DNA from: Planctomycetota bacterium | GTDB lineage: Bacteria; Planctomycetota; UBA8742; UBA2392 | Length of the DNA stretch: 64,000 nt | Assembly (NCBI GenBank): GCA_016722065.1 | Contig: JADKGX010000001.1 | Location: 1,036,951 to 1,100,950, forward strand | Reading direction: 5' to 3' | In this document: piece by piece, positions 18,790 through 28,487 of the stretch | Layout of the letters: every line of letters begins with the position of its first letter | Numbering within the stretch: position 1 is the first letter of the stretch | Made by a program: the position numbers and the translations under genes | Notes under the pieces: model-generated | What the model saw: only the letters and a program-made list of their open reading frames with translations | The model's database searches: none | What the model was told of the DNA's origin: nothing

Positions 18790-20999
18790 ACCGCGGCATA
18801 TTGGCTTGCGATGTTTGCGGGTGCGAAGCGCTGAAGGTTCGCAAACCCTGCCGTGACAAGCCGGCCCCGCAGCTCGGTATCACCAGACAGCGACTCTATG
18901 GCAGCGCGAATCTGGCTGCCATCGCGCGGGTCGATCAGCAACGCGCCGTCACCCGCCACCCAGTTCAAGGGCTCAATGCTTGATGTAACGACGGGCAGCC
19001 CGGCGGCCTGGGCCTCCACGACCGGCATACCAAACCCTTCGTACAACGAGGCAAACACCAGCGCGTCGGCCTCCAGGTAAGCGCGAATCATGCCCCCGTC
19101 ATCCAGCCCCACGGAATTGCGCCAGACCAGCCCCGAATCCGCCAGCAGCTCCCGCTGCGCCCCCGACAGGCCGCCCACCACATGCAACTGCCAGGGACCA
19201 CCACGCAGGGCTTTTACGACACTCTCCAGGTTCTTGTGCGGCAGGGTGCCGATCATCAGCAGTTTGTTGCCGTCGCGCTTGCCTGTGGCGCCGGTTGCGA
19301 ATCGGTCTGACACGCAGTTGGCAATCACCGTGGGCGGATGCGCGCCGCGCAAGCCGAACTCTTCGAGTTCGCGCAGCGTACGCGGCGAAATGACGGTGGT
19401 CGCCGCGGCCAGGGCCATAGGCCTTTCAAAGTAATACTTGCGAATCAGCCGCAGTTTCAGCCCGCGGGATCTAACCAGGTTCACGCAATCGTGAATCGTC
19501 AGGACCGCGCGCTGGGGCTGCAACCCCAGCACCAGGTAGTGCGCGTCGCCAACCACGTGAACGACTTCGGCCTTCAGCTTGCGCGCAAAGCGCAGGTTCA
19601 GAAGCCGGCGCAGCACCCCGCGCCCCACCCAGGGCGCGCGAATCATGGCCACGTCGATGTCGCCCGGCAGGTTGCGGCGCACCGTGGCAAACAGGTTTTC
19701 GATGCTGTAGTAACCTGGCCCCGGGGCGCGCTCAAAGTGAATCACCTTTACCACGCGCTTGGCCGTGGCGCGTTCCTGGGCGCGCGATGCAATCTGCGCA
19801 TACCGCCAGGCAAAGGCTTGCGCCCCCCACTGTGCCTGTGCGTCCTGGGCCCACTGCGCCCGTTGCGCTGGGGGCGGGTTTTCGGCCAGTCGTGCCTGTA
19901 CGGCCTCGCGCAGGGCTGGTTCGTTGCCAGCGGGCACAAGGCTGCCCCAGGGCTGGCGGCACCATTCGCGCACACCACCAACGTCAAAGGCCACCACGCC
20001 GCAGCCCTGGGCCACGGCTTCGGGCCCGGTCATGCCCCAGGCTTCAAACCAGCGGCCTGGCATCAACAGGCAAGACGCGCGGGCCATTTCGCGCGCCAGC
20101 GCCGGCGCATCCAGCCAGCCCAGAAACTGCACCCGGTCAGCAATGCCCAGGCGCGCGGCTTGTTCTCGCGCGGCAGCCTCGGCGGGCCCGGTGCCGGCAA
20201 CCGCCAGGTGCGTTGCGGGCAACGCCGCGCAAAGGGCAATCGCTTCATGCAGGCCTTTGAAGCCCTGCAATCGTCCACTGAACAACAGGCGCTGTGAGTC
20301 GCGGTCGACCTCAACCAAGTGCGGCTGGGGCAACGGCGGTTGCAGCACATAGCTGCGCCCGGGCACTCCCACAGTGGCATGAAACAAGCCTTCCAGCGCA
20401 TAGCTGTTGAAGACCGCCGCCCAGGCCAGGGCCACGGCCTGGCGGCTGAGTTTGCCTCGCAACGGCGCGCGCAGTTTCTGCAACATCGCAAAGGGTTCGC
20501 CCTGCTGCCCTGAAAGACAGCCCTGCGAAAGATCGACACCCAGGCAGGCCACGCCCGGCGCCCGCGAACACACACCCCCGCTGCGTAGCAGAATACGCCC
20601 GCCTGCCGGGCAGGTCAGTTCGGCCGTGTGCGCGTACAACAGGACAGGCAGTCGCCGCTGCAGTGCCTGCAGCAGTGCCGTCGGTGCGCTGCCGTGAAAC
20701 TCGACCATGTCGCAGCGGGCGGCAATCGCGTCGGCTGCGGCCTGGACGCAAGCCGCACTGGCCCGGTGAAGCGGGTGCAGGGATTCATTCAGCGCACCTG
20801 CCAGATCGAAGTGCCCGGCCTGCGGCGCGCCATCGTCCGTGAACACGCTGGTTTGTGCCCCCAGCTGCTGCTGGGCGCACAATAGGCGCTGTACATACAC
20901 TTCGGTGCCGCCCGCAAGCGCCAGCGAGCGCGTGACTACACCAATGCGCAGGCCCGCAAGCGCGGTCATGATGCTTCCTTCAGCAGCAGTTGGCGCCAT
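18747..20999 (-). CDS. Bifunctional glycosyltransferase (two GT4/GT-B modules)
   Basis: Two Glycos_transf_1-like C-terminal motifs: LLMPGRWFEAWGMTGPEAVAQGCGVVA and VFASLYEGFGMPVVEAQAAGLPVVTS. Confidence 0.75.
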   Translation of the reverse strand: MAPTAAEGSIMTALAGLRIGVVTRSLALAGGTEVYVQRLLCAQQQLGAQTSVFTDDGAPQAGHFDLAGALNESLHPLHRASAACVQAAADAIAARCDMVEFHGSAPTALLQALQRRLPVLLYAHTAELTCPAGGRILLRSGGVCSRAPGVACLGVDLSQGCLSGQQGEPFAMLQKLRAPLRGKLSRQAVALAWAAVFNSYALEGLFHATVGVPGRSYVLQPPLPQPHLVEVDRDSQRLLFSGRLQGFKGLHEAIALCAALPATHLAVAGTGPAEAAAREQAARLGIADRVQFLGWLDAPALAREMARASCLLMPGRWFEAWGMTGPEAVAQGCGVVAFDVGGVREWCRQPWGSLVPAGNEPALREAVQARLAENPPPAQRAQWAQDAQAQWGAQAFAWRYAQIASRAQERATAKRVVKVIHFERAPGPGYYSIENLFATVRRNLPGDIDVAMIRAPWVGRGVLRRLLNLRFARKLKAEVVHVVGDAHYLVLGLQPQRAVLTIHDCVNLVRSRGLKLRLIRKYYFERPMALAAATTVISPRTLRELEEFGLRGAHPPTVIANCVSDRFATGATGKRDGNKLLMIGTLPHKNLESVVKALRGGPWQLHVVGGLSGAQRELLADSGLVWRNSVGLDDGGMIRAYLEADALVFASLYEGFGMPVVEAQAAGLPVVTSSIEPLNWVAGDGALLIDPRDGSQIRAAIESLSGDTELRGRLVTAGFANLQRFAPANIASQYAAVYRTVAAEAKAPRA

Positions 21000-22150
21000 T
21001 GCTGGTGCGCCCGCCCATACCCAAAATGCGCCACGGCGTAGGCGCGGGCCGCAACAGACATCTGCCGCAATGCCGCCCGGTCAGCCGCCAGGCTGTGCAG
21101 CGCGGCAACCAGCTCCGAGACGGCTTGATCTGGCGGCTCGGGTGTAACCAGCATTCGCGTTTGCGGCGGCAACTCATGCAGCCCGCCCACGGCCGTGCAC
21201 AGTGGCACAACGCCATGCGCCATGGCCTCCATGACCACGACGGGAAACCCTTCACGTTCTGAAGCCAGCACCAGCACATCGGCCGACTCATATTCGGCAG
21301 CCAGGGCAGCGGGGTCGGTCAGCATGCCTGTGAATCGGCAGAACTGGCGGTCGCTGGCATCAACCACGGCTTCAACATCTCCCACCAGCGTGAAGCTTGC
21401 GGCCGGACCCATCGCCCGGGCGACGCGACCCACCAGGTGCACACGCTTCTCGGGCGTGCCCCTGCCCACGTACAACACACGCAACGGGCCGTGTGATTGG
21501 TGCGCGGACACATGGGCCGGAATCGGCACCGAGTTGCCAATCACCTGCACGCGGGCCATCCAGGCTGTGTTGATGCCCTCATGGCGATAGTGCGTGCGCA
21601 GTTTTTCGCGCAGGGTTTGCGTGATCACCACCCGGGCCTCCAGCCGCGCCACGTGGGGCAGGCTGTAGTTTTCAAAGTTAACACCAAAGTTGTGCAGCAG
21701 GTCGATACAGCGCACACCCTTCAGCCAGGGCAGCATGTCATAAAAGAAGTGGCTGAAGCACCCAAACACCGTGTGCACCTGCCCGCGCGAAATGCGCCCG
21801 CCCTGCAAACCAGCTTGAAAGTAGGCGCCCAGCCGATGGCGCAGTCGCCTGCCCAGTTGCACAACCGTTGCGCTGGATTCGAACTTGGCCAGCAACCCGG
21901 CATCACGGGGCAGTTCCGTGAACCACACTTCGGGCCCGTGATCGGCAATGGCTGCCACGATGTTGGCGTGCACTTGTTCCGCACCGCCCATGTTGGGCGT
22001 GGCCAGCACGCACACTACCGGCGCCCGCACCGGGTCCACAAACCACGCACACAGGCGGCCCAGGCCGCCCAGCACAAACCGCAAACCAGCCACGATCAAC
22101 CGCCTCAGAGACCCATCTCCTTGCGCACGACCTCTGCGCTGCGGTCCCAA
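20966..22150 (-). CDS. Glycosyltransferase family 4
   Basis: NMGGAEQV N-terminal motif. LVLASEREGFPVVVMEAMAHGVVPLCTAVGG GT1 motif. Confidence 0.7.
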   Translation of the reverse strand: MGPQRRGRAQGDGSLRRLIVAGLRFVLGGLGRLCAWFVDPVRAPVVCVLATPNMGGAEQVHANIVAAIADHGPEVWFTELPRDAGLLAKFESSATVVQLGRRLRHRLGAYFQAGLQGGRISRGQVHTVFGCFSHFFYDMLPWLKGVRCIDLLHNFGVNFENYSLPHVARLEARVVITQTLREKLRTHYRHEGINTAWMARVQVIGNSVPIPAHVSAHQSHGPLRVLYVGRGTPEKRVHLVGRVARAMGPAASFTLVGDVEAVVDASDRQFCRFTGMLTDPAALAAEYESADVLVLASEREGFPVVVMEAMAHGVVPLCTAVGGLHELPPQTRMLVTPEPPDQAVSELVAALHSLAADRAALRQMSVAARAYAVAHFGYGRAHQQWRQLLLKEAS

Positions 22151-23247
22151 TCAAACACCTCGACGCTGGCGCGCAGTGCCTCTTTGTCAAACGGCGCAAA
22201 GGTCTGCGGGTCCGCCAGCGCAGCAGCCCAGGCATCGGTGGTTGCTGCGGCAAAGCGCAGGTTCGGCCAGGCCAGCCGCTTCAGTTCACGAAGCGGGTTG
22301 CACAACATGGGTCGGCCCAGCGTGCTGAACTCTACGACATTCAGCGGCGTGGCGTCTTCTGTGACCGGCCGCGGCACATAGGGGTGCACGCCCGCATCGC
22401 AGGCCAGAATGTAGGCCGCGACTTCTGCCGGCGGCACCGGGCCAATGCAGTGCACGCCCTGCGCGGGCCCAAGACCCAGCGGCCCCGCAAGACGATCCGA
22501 CCCCGGCCCCACAATCAACAGGGCAAGCTGCGGCCGAAGCTGGTGTGCCCTGGGCCAGGCCTGCAACAGCATTTCCATGCCGTCAAAGGCCATGCGGTGG
22601 TTGCCAATGAACCCGACCACGAACCGATCTTTCAGCCCCAACTTTTCGCGCATCGCAAGCCCGGCCCCGGCCGGGCAAGCCAGCATTTCGGCGCGCGCGG
22701 CGCCATTGGGGGCATAGGCAGAAGCCCGACCTGTCAGCCGGTGGGCGTAGTCGCACAAGCTGTGGCTGCAGGCCGAAAGTGTATCGGCGCGCTGCATCGC
22801 GCTTTGCAGAAACTGCTTGCGCGCGCGACCCAGCGGCGTGTCGGGCCACTCGTCGTAGAAGTTGTCGATCACGTCAAAGTGCACGTGATAGTCGCGCTGC
22901 TCGCGCGGCGGTGGCAAAAAGAAGAACGGGTTGCCGTGAAACACATGCGTGCAGCCAAAGCGCCTCACCATGGCGGCAATTCGCGCGTTGTTGCGCCGGG
23001 CCGCCCAGTGGCAGAACGCGGGCCCCGTGGAAGCCCACACCGGCATGCGAAAGCGCGTGACCGGACCTTCACTGAGCACGCGGGTGGATGCCATGCGCAG
23101 TCGCCAGCGCATCTTCAGCCGCGCCCTGATGCTGTTGTCGGAGACGGTCACGGCCTCGCTGCGGTCCAGTGCAAACACAGGTGTGTGTGCGGCGACGCGG
23201 CGGGCCAGCTCGATCTCGCGCACGCGCAGATTCGGTGCAAACAGCAT
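22105..23247 (-). CDS. Glycosyltransferase (GT-B, GT4-like)
   Basis: Start moved to ATG 23247 (MLFAPNLRV..). The 87 upstream codons of the 467-aa ORF overlap the wecB tail region and look non-coding. GT-B-like C-terminal half (VVGFIGNHRMAFDGMEMLLQAW.., ..LNVVEFSTLGRPMLCN). Confidence 0.6.
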   Translation of the reverse strand: MLFAPNLRVREIELARRVAAHTPVFALDRSEAVTVSDNSIRARLKMRWRLRMASTRVLSEGPVTRFRMPVWASTGPAFCHWAARRNNARIAAMVRRFGCTHVFHGNPFFFLPPPREQRDYHVHFDVIDNFYDEWPDTPLGRARKQFLQSAMQRADTLSACSHSLCDYAHRLTGRASAYAPNGAARAEMLACPAGAGLAMREKLGLKDRFVVGFIGNHRMAFDGMEMLLQAWPRAHQLRPQLALLIVGPGSDRLAGPLGLGPAQGVHCIGPVPPAEVAAYILACDAGVHPYVPRPVTEDATPLNVVEFSTLGRPMLCNPLRELKRLAWPNLRFAAATTDAWAAALADPQTFAPFDKEALRASVEVFDWDRSAEVVRKEMGL

Positions 23248-23371
23248 GCGGCCAACCCACAACACGCCGCTCAATGCCCACCGCCGGCAAGCATGCGCAC
23301 GACATCGGCCGCGATACGCTGCGAGGCCTTGCCGTCTCCGTAGGGGTTGGGCAAGCCCTGCAGGCGCTGCT

Positions 23372-24394
23372 TCATGCCCTGGCCTTGCAGGGCCTGTTGC
23401 AGGCCGGTTCGTATTTGTCCGGGTCCGTGCCTGTGATGTGCAGAAAGCCTGGTGCGATACCCTCGGGCCGTTCGGTGTTGTCGCGTGTGACCAGCACGGG
23501 CGTGCCAAAACAGGGCGCCTCTTCTTGCAACCCGCCGCTATCGCTTACTACGCATGCGCTGTGTCGCAGCAGCCACAGGCTGGCGGCGTAGCTTACGGGT
23601 TCAATCACGCGCCAGTGAGCATGCGGCGAAATGCCCTGCAGTTCTCGGCGTACTTCCGGCGAAGGGTGGGCCGCAAACAGAACCGTCACGTCGTCGCGGC
23701 TGGCGGCCATTTCCCGCAGCACGGCCGCAACCCGTGCAATGCCACCATTTTGGTTCTCTCTTCGATGTCCGGTTGCGAACACCAGGCGTTGCCGGCAATC
23801 GGCCAGGGCCACGGCCAGCTCCGGTGGCGGGTCTGGCGGCAGTGTGGCCGCGACCTGCAAAGCTGCGTCCACGCCGGTCTGGCCGCTGACCAGAATCGAC
23901 GCGTCGGCCAGGCCCTCGCGCAGCAGGTTTTCGCGCGCGCCTTGCGTGGGTGCGTACAGCCGGGTTGCCAGGCGATCTACCATGGCGCGGTTCAATTCCT
24001 CCGGCCAGGGGGCATAGCGGTCGTGGCTGCGCAGACCCGCCTCAATGTGGCCGCAGGGCAAGTGGCGATAGTACGCCGCCAGGGCGCCCGCATAGGCGGT
24101 GGTCGTGTCACCCTGCACAAGTATCAGACGTGGCGGGTGCGCAGCCAGATCACCCTCCAGGCGTGTCACCAGTGTTGCCGTAAGGGCGCCCAGTGTCTGG
24201 CCTGGCGGCATGGAACCAGCATCGGCATCGGCCTTCAGCCCAAACGTGGCCAGCGCATCGTGCAACAGCGCCCCATGCTGGCCCGATGCCACCAGCCGTG
24301 TCGCGACGCCAGCGTGGCGCAAGGCGGCCAGCACCGGAGCAAGCTTGATCGCCTCGGGTCGGGTGCCCGCAAAGATGGTCACGTCAATTGGCAT
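23372..24394 (-). CDS. wecB: UDP-N-acetylglucosamine 2-epimerase (non-hydrolysing); the C-terminal ~45 residues are encoded in another frame down to 23271 (apparent frameshift)
   Basis: FAGTRPEAIKLAPV, VQGDTTT, HIEAGLRS and WPEELNR motifs. After ..GTDPDK the expected tail (IRTGLQQAL..LPNPYGDGKASQRIAADVVRMLAGGGH*) continues in a different frame after the T3 run at 23414-23416. Confidence 0.85.
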   Translation of the reverse strand: MPIDVTIFAGTRPEAIKLAPVLAALRHAGVATRLVASGQHGALLHDALATFGLKADADAGSMPPGQTLGALTATLVTRLEGDLAAHPPRLILVQGDTTTAYAGALAAYYRHLPCGHIEAGLRSHDRYAPWPEELNRAMVDRLATRLYAPTQGARENLLREGLADASILVSGQTGVDAALQVAATLPPDPPPELAVALADCRQRLVFATGHRRENQNGGIARVAAVLREMAASRDDVTVLFAAHPSPEVRRELQGISPHAHWRVIEPVSYAASLWLLRHSACVVSDSGGLQEEAPCFGTPVLVTRDNTERPEGIAPGFLHITGTDPDKYEPACNRPCKARA

Positions 24395-26384
24395 GGCCGC
24401 CTCTCAGGCGCTTGCCCAGGCGCAGCAGCGGCATGGGCGTCACGGCGCGCAGCAGCGCTTTATAGCCCGAAACAGAAAGCGGACGATGGCTGACAATGCT
24501 GCAAGCCGCGCGCAGGCTGCGCCACGCCAAACCCTGCCACTTATAGGCACCGGCCAGCCGCACCATCTGGGCGTGGTAGTCGGCATCCCAGTGCGCGGGT
24601 GTGCCGGCGATTGCCATGGCAGCTTCAAGTACTTCTGCTGGTCGGGTGCGCGTCAGGCTGTCGGGCGTGTCACCGTAATCATACAGCACCCGCGCCAGGC
24701 GGCCGATGCGCCCCACCTTGGACATGCGCAGCCAGTAGTCCCAGTCCTCGGCAAGTTTGCGGCCGGGGTCATAAACACCCACCTGGCGGGCGACCTCTGC
24801 GCGATACAGAAAGCATGCGCCCACCACATTGCGCGTTGCAAGTTCGCTGACCGGCCCGGTGCAGGTGGGCTTGCGGCTGCCGTCCTGAAAGCGCACTTCG
24901 TAATCTGCAAACACCATGGCCAGGGAAGTATCCAGCATCAGCTCTCGCGCCATGGCCTGCAGCGCTCCGGGCCGATAGGCATTGTCGTCGCTGGTCCAGG
25001 TCCACAAGTCGCCCGTGGCTGCCTCAAACCCTCGGTTGAGCGCAGTAGGCAGCCCCGCGTTTTCAAAGTGCAGCACGCGCAGGCGCGGATCGTTGCGCCG
25101 GGCCACGACCTGGTCCAGCACCTGGCGGGTAGCGTCGCGGCTGCCGTCGTTGACAACAATCAATTCCAGGTTGGGGTAGTTCTGGTCCAGCACATTGGCG
25201 ATCGCGGCCTCAATCAGCCCCGCGCGATTGAAGGTGGGCAGCACGACACTGACTTTGGGCCAATGCGGTTGCGTCAAGGTGCTGTACAGCGCGCTTTCGC
25301 GGGCCTCGACCACCGCAATGTCGTAGGGCTCGCTGGCGGTTCGCGCCGGAGCAGCCAGGCGTGCCCGGGTGGCCGGTTCGGCGATGTCGCAGATTGCCCG
25401 CGCAATGTCTGCCACACTCTCCGGGTCGCACAGCAATCCGTCCCACTGGTCAGTGACGATGGCATTCATCGGCGCGCGGCGGCTGGTAACGACGGGGACA
25501 CCGCAGGCCAGCGCCTCGGCGAACACAATGCCAAAACCTTCCCACAGGCTGGGCAACACAAACGCATCCGCCCAGCGCAGCCAATTGGGCAACTCGGCGT
25601 GGGGTATGGCATCAAAGTGCGTCACAAAGGGCCACCGAGACCAGTCGCGCGCGGATTTGCCCGCATGCACCAGCGTCAATCCCGGTTGTTTCAAGCGCGC
25701 CTGCTCACAGGCCGCCAGCAGCCGATCCAGATTCTTCTGTTCCACGTCGCGCGCGATGCAAAGTAGGCGCGGCGAACCGGCGGGGCCTTGTGCGGCCGGG
25801 CCCTGGGGCGTGAACACTTGCCGATCCACGCGGTTGGGCACGGTCACGACACGTGCAGGGTCCGCCCCTGCCGCAACGGCGGCGAAGGCCACCGCGTCGC
25901 TGACGCACATCACCACATCAGCCCCAGCCACTACGTTGGCTGCTATGCCGCGCACGTTGTGCACGCTGACCAAGCAGGGCACAGCCATTGCCCTGGCAAG
26001 TTCCAGCCCGATCTGCCCTGCCGCATCGGCATCGTAGGCGCGCACTGCAACCGGGTTGGCATCGCGCGCGGCCTGCAACCACTGGGCCGGCAGCCCGGGC
26101 CAGCCGGCCAGCATTTCAGAGCCCGAAACTACGTCCCGAATGCTGATGTCGCCGAGGCCTGACCGCCAGGCTGCAATCCCTGGCGCGGGCGTTGCCTGAA
26201 CCATCTGCGCGGCGAATGCCTCCGGTGCAGCCTCCTGCTGCCAGTTGAAGAATCGCGTCTGTGCAAAGCAGGCGGCCGGATTGTAGTAACGCTGCATCGC
26301 GGGTGGTTGCTGGCCTTTGGCAACCAGCGTGCCCAGCATGTCGCCGGTGACAATCAACAGGCTGCCCGTCGATGAGCCGGTCAT
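24384..26384 (-). CDS. Fused glycosyltransferase (N-terminal GT4 module + C-terminal GT2 module)
   Basis: GT4 motif FVLPSLWEGFGIVFAEALACGVPVVTS. GT2 motif VSVVLPTFNRAGLIEAAIANVLDQNYPNLELIVVNDGSRD. ATGA overlap with the upstream wzt. Confidence 0.8.
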   Translation of the reverse strand: MTGSSTGSLLIVTGDMLGTLVAKGQQPPAMQRYYNPAACFAQTRFFNWQQEAAPEAFAAQMVQATPAPGIAAWRSGLGDISIRDVVSGSEMLAGWPGLPAQWLQAARDANPVAVRAYDADAAGQIGLELARAMAVPCLVSVHNVRGIAANVVAGADVVMCVSDAVAFAAVAAGADPARVVTVPNRVDRQVFTPQGPAAQGPAGSPRLLCIARDVEQKNLDRLLAACEQARLKQPGLTLVHAGKSARDWSRWPFVTHFDAIPHAELPNWLRWADAFVLPSLWEGFGIVFAEALACGVPVVTSRRAPMNAIVTDQWDGLLCDPESVADIARAICDIAEPATRARLAAPARTASEPYDIAVVEARESALYSTLTQPHWPKVSVVLPTFNRAGLIEAAIANVLDQNYPNLELIVVNDGSRDATRQVLDQVVARRNDPRLRVLHFENAGLPTALNRGFEAATGDLWTWTSDDNAYRPGALQAMARELMLDTSLAMVFADYEVRFQDGSRKPTCTGPVSELATRNVVGACFLYRAEVARQVGVYDPGRKLAEDWDYWLRMSKVGRIGRLARVLYDYGDTPDSLTRTRPAEVLEAAMAIAGTPAHWDADYHAQMVRLAGAYKWQGLAWRSLRAACSIVSHRPLSVSGYKALLRAVTPMPLLRLGKRLRGGHAN

Positions 26385-27652
26385 GGCTGGCTGCCTTCTG
26401 CCATGACGGGCATGCCCCAGGTTTGGCGGTGGTCCAGCAGTGCGCGGCCGTCACTCCAGCCGGGTCGTTTGACCTCAATGCGTGTGGCGCCATCCTGCAG
26501 AAAAATCGGCGTTACACCGTCTCGCTCATACAGATAGGTCTTGGCCCGATAACTGCCCACGGGCAGGCGCACATCTTTCACGCTGACTTCGACCACGCCC
26601 TTGCCGCGCAGCGTCATACCCTTGAAAGCTTCTCCGCTGAAGGCCTGAAACAGGTAGTGCCGGGGCGAACTCAGCGGAATGCGGGCGTCGTCATGGAACA
26701 GCGTCAGCCCGAACATGGGCGATTCCACGGCGGCGTTGGCCTGAAAGTGAAAGCGGATCGTCAACTCGGCGCCATGTTCGAGTGCCCGAAGTTGCTGGCC
26801 GTCGTCACCCAGGAACTCCACGCGCTCAATCACGGCTCGGGCCTGGCCGCTTTCGGTCTTGACAAAGCTGGTTTCGGGCACGGGGTCGCGCTGGCCCAGG
26901 CTTAGGTCCTGCAGATAGCGGTCAATCACCGCCCGGGGCTCGCCCAGCAGCACCGGCTTGCCGGCATTGAGGTAAAGGCAGCGGGACGAAGCCGCCATGG
27001 CATAAAGGTCGTGGCTGACAGCCACCACCGCGCGGCCGGATTTGCGCATGCGCGCCATCCAGTCGTAGCACTTGAGCTGAAACGTGGCGTCGCCCACGGC
27101 CAGCACTTCGTCGACCAGCAGCACGTCGGGGTCGGCATGGGCCGCAATCGCAAACGCCAGGCGGGCGTACATGCCGCTGCTGTAATCCTTCACCGGCATG
27201 TCCATGAACTCGGCAATGCCCGCAAACTCAACAATCGAATCATAGCGCTGGCGCACCTGGGCGCGAGTCATGCCCAGAATGGCACCGTTGATGAAGACGT
27301 TTTCGCGGCCACTGAGATAGGGGTGAAAACCCGCCCCAAGTTCAATCAACCCGCCCACGCGCCCCTTGGCCCGGACCTGCCCTGCGTCGGGCCGCAGAAT
27401 GCGAAACAACAACTTCAACACCGTGCTCTTGCCGGACCCGTTAGGACCCAGAATGCCCAGGGATTCGCCAGCTTGCAGGGCAAAGGTCACTTCGCTCAGC
27501 GCGTAAAACTCGCCGGGCAACAGGCCGGATTCGTTCTTTCGTGCCAGCCAGCGTCGGGGCGCACCCAGCACCAGCCCGGCCAGCGTGCTAATGCGAGCGC
27601 CCTTGTGAAAGCGCTTGCTTACGGCATCAAACTCCACGGCCGGGGCGGTCAT
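26381..27652 (-). CDS. wzt: Polysaccharide ABC exporter ATP-binding protein (Wzt/TagH-type) with C-terminal extension domain
   Basis: Walker A GPNGSGKST, signature YSSGMYARLAF, Walker B LLVDEVLAVGD. An additional ~170-aa beta-rich C-terminal domain resembles glycan-terminus-binding Wzt proteins. Confidence 0.85.
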   Translation of the reverse strand: MTAPAVEFDAVSKRFHKGARISTLAGLVLGAPRRWLARKNESGLLPGEFYALSEVTFALQAGESLGILGPNGSGKSTVLKLLFRILRPDAGQVRAKGRVGGLIELGAGFHPYLSGRENVFINGAILGMTRAQVRQRYDSIVEFAGIAEFMDMPVKDYSSGMYARLAFAIAAHADPDVLLVDEVLAVGDATFQLKCYDWMARMRKSGRAVVAVSHDLYAMAASSRCLYLNAGKPVLLGEPRAVIDRYLQDLSLGQRDPVPETSFVKTESGQARAVIERVEFLGDDGQQLRALEHGAELTIRFHFQANAAVESPMFGLTLFHDDARIPLSSPRHYLFQAFSGEAFKGMTLRGKGVVEVSVKDVRLPVGSYRAKTYLYERDGVTPIFLQDGATRIEVKRPGWSDGRALLDHRQTWGMPVMAEGSQP

Positions 27653-28443
27653 GCCAACTCCCCGAACTTGCCTTCAACGCCGCGAAACCAGCGCCAGCCA
27701 AAAACCATCAGCACAAGGCTGACCAGCGCAGCCACGCCAAACTCCGGCTTGAACCAGGTTTCGCCGCCGACGATCAGCCCGCGGTATGCATCCAGAATCG
27801 GCGTCATCGGGTTCAGCCAGGCCAGCCAGGCCAGGTTACCGGTACGCGGAATCGGGTACACCACGGAGCTTGCGAACATCCAGACCAGCACAAGCACCTG
27901 CAACAGGTACTGCACGTCGCGGTACAGCAGGTTCCCGGCCGAAAACAGAAACGCCAATCCGATCGACAACGCGACTTGTACGGCAAGCACAAGCGGCACA
28001 AGCAGCAGGCCCCAGCCGGGCACCACGGCATACCAGGCCATCAGGACCACCAACACAAGCGCGGCCACGGCAAAATCCGCCAGCGCTGAAAACACCACGG
28101 AAAGCGGCAGGGCCTCGCGCGCAAAGTACACCTTGGTGACCAGGTTGCGGTTTTCGGTAAGGCAACGGGCGGAAGCCGTCAGCACAGAAGCATGGAACTG
28201 CCAGGGCACCAGCCCAAGGTAGACAAACACTGCATAGGGCAGGCTGCCTGTTGAAACGCGGGCCACGCGCGAAAACAGGAACGTGAAAACCAACATAAGG
28301 CAAAGCGGCACCGCCAGCGCCCAGCCAATGCCCAGCACCGTATGCTTGTAACGCACGCGGATTTCCCGCGCGGCCAGCATCCAGGCCAGTTCGCGCGCCG
28401 CGATTACCTCACGCAGTTCTGCAAGGATCGACACGGCTTTCAT
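27649..28443 (-). CDS. wzm: ABC-2 type polysaccharide exporter permease (Wzm)
   Basis: Start moved to ATG 28443 (MKAVSILAELREVIAARELAWMLAAREIRVRYKHTVLGIGW), the typical ABC-2 N-terminus. Six hydrophobic segments. 4-bp overlap with wzt. Confidence 0.8.
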   Translation of the reverse strand: MKAVSILAELREVIAARELAWMLAAREIRVRYKHTVLGIGWALAVPLCLMLVFTFLFSRVARVSTGSLPYAVFVYLGLVPWQFHASVLTASARCLTENRNLVTKVYFAREALPLSVVFSALADFAVAALVLVVLMAWYAVVPGWGLLLVPLVLAVQVALSIGLAFLFSAGNLLYRDVQYLLQVLVLVWMFASSVVYPIPRTGNLAWLAWLNPMTPILDAYRGLIVGGETWFKPEFGVAALVSLVLMVFGWRWFRGVEGKFGELA

Positions 28444-28487
28444 TGTGCGAAACCGGCGGGTGCGCGATAGCCCAAACAAGCCGGGAC

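Noticed and set aside
23248-23508. N-terminal 87 codons of the 467-aa ORF 22105-23508
   Set aside because: The Arg/Pro/Thr-rich sequence overlaps the wecB tail region in another frame. The GT-like sequence begins at ATG 23247, just after the reconstructed wecB stop.
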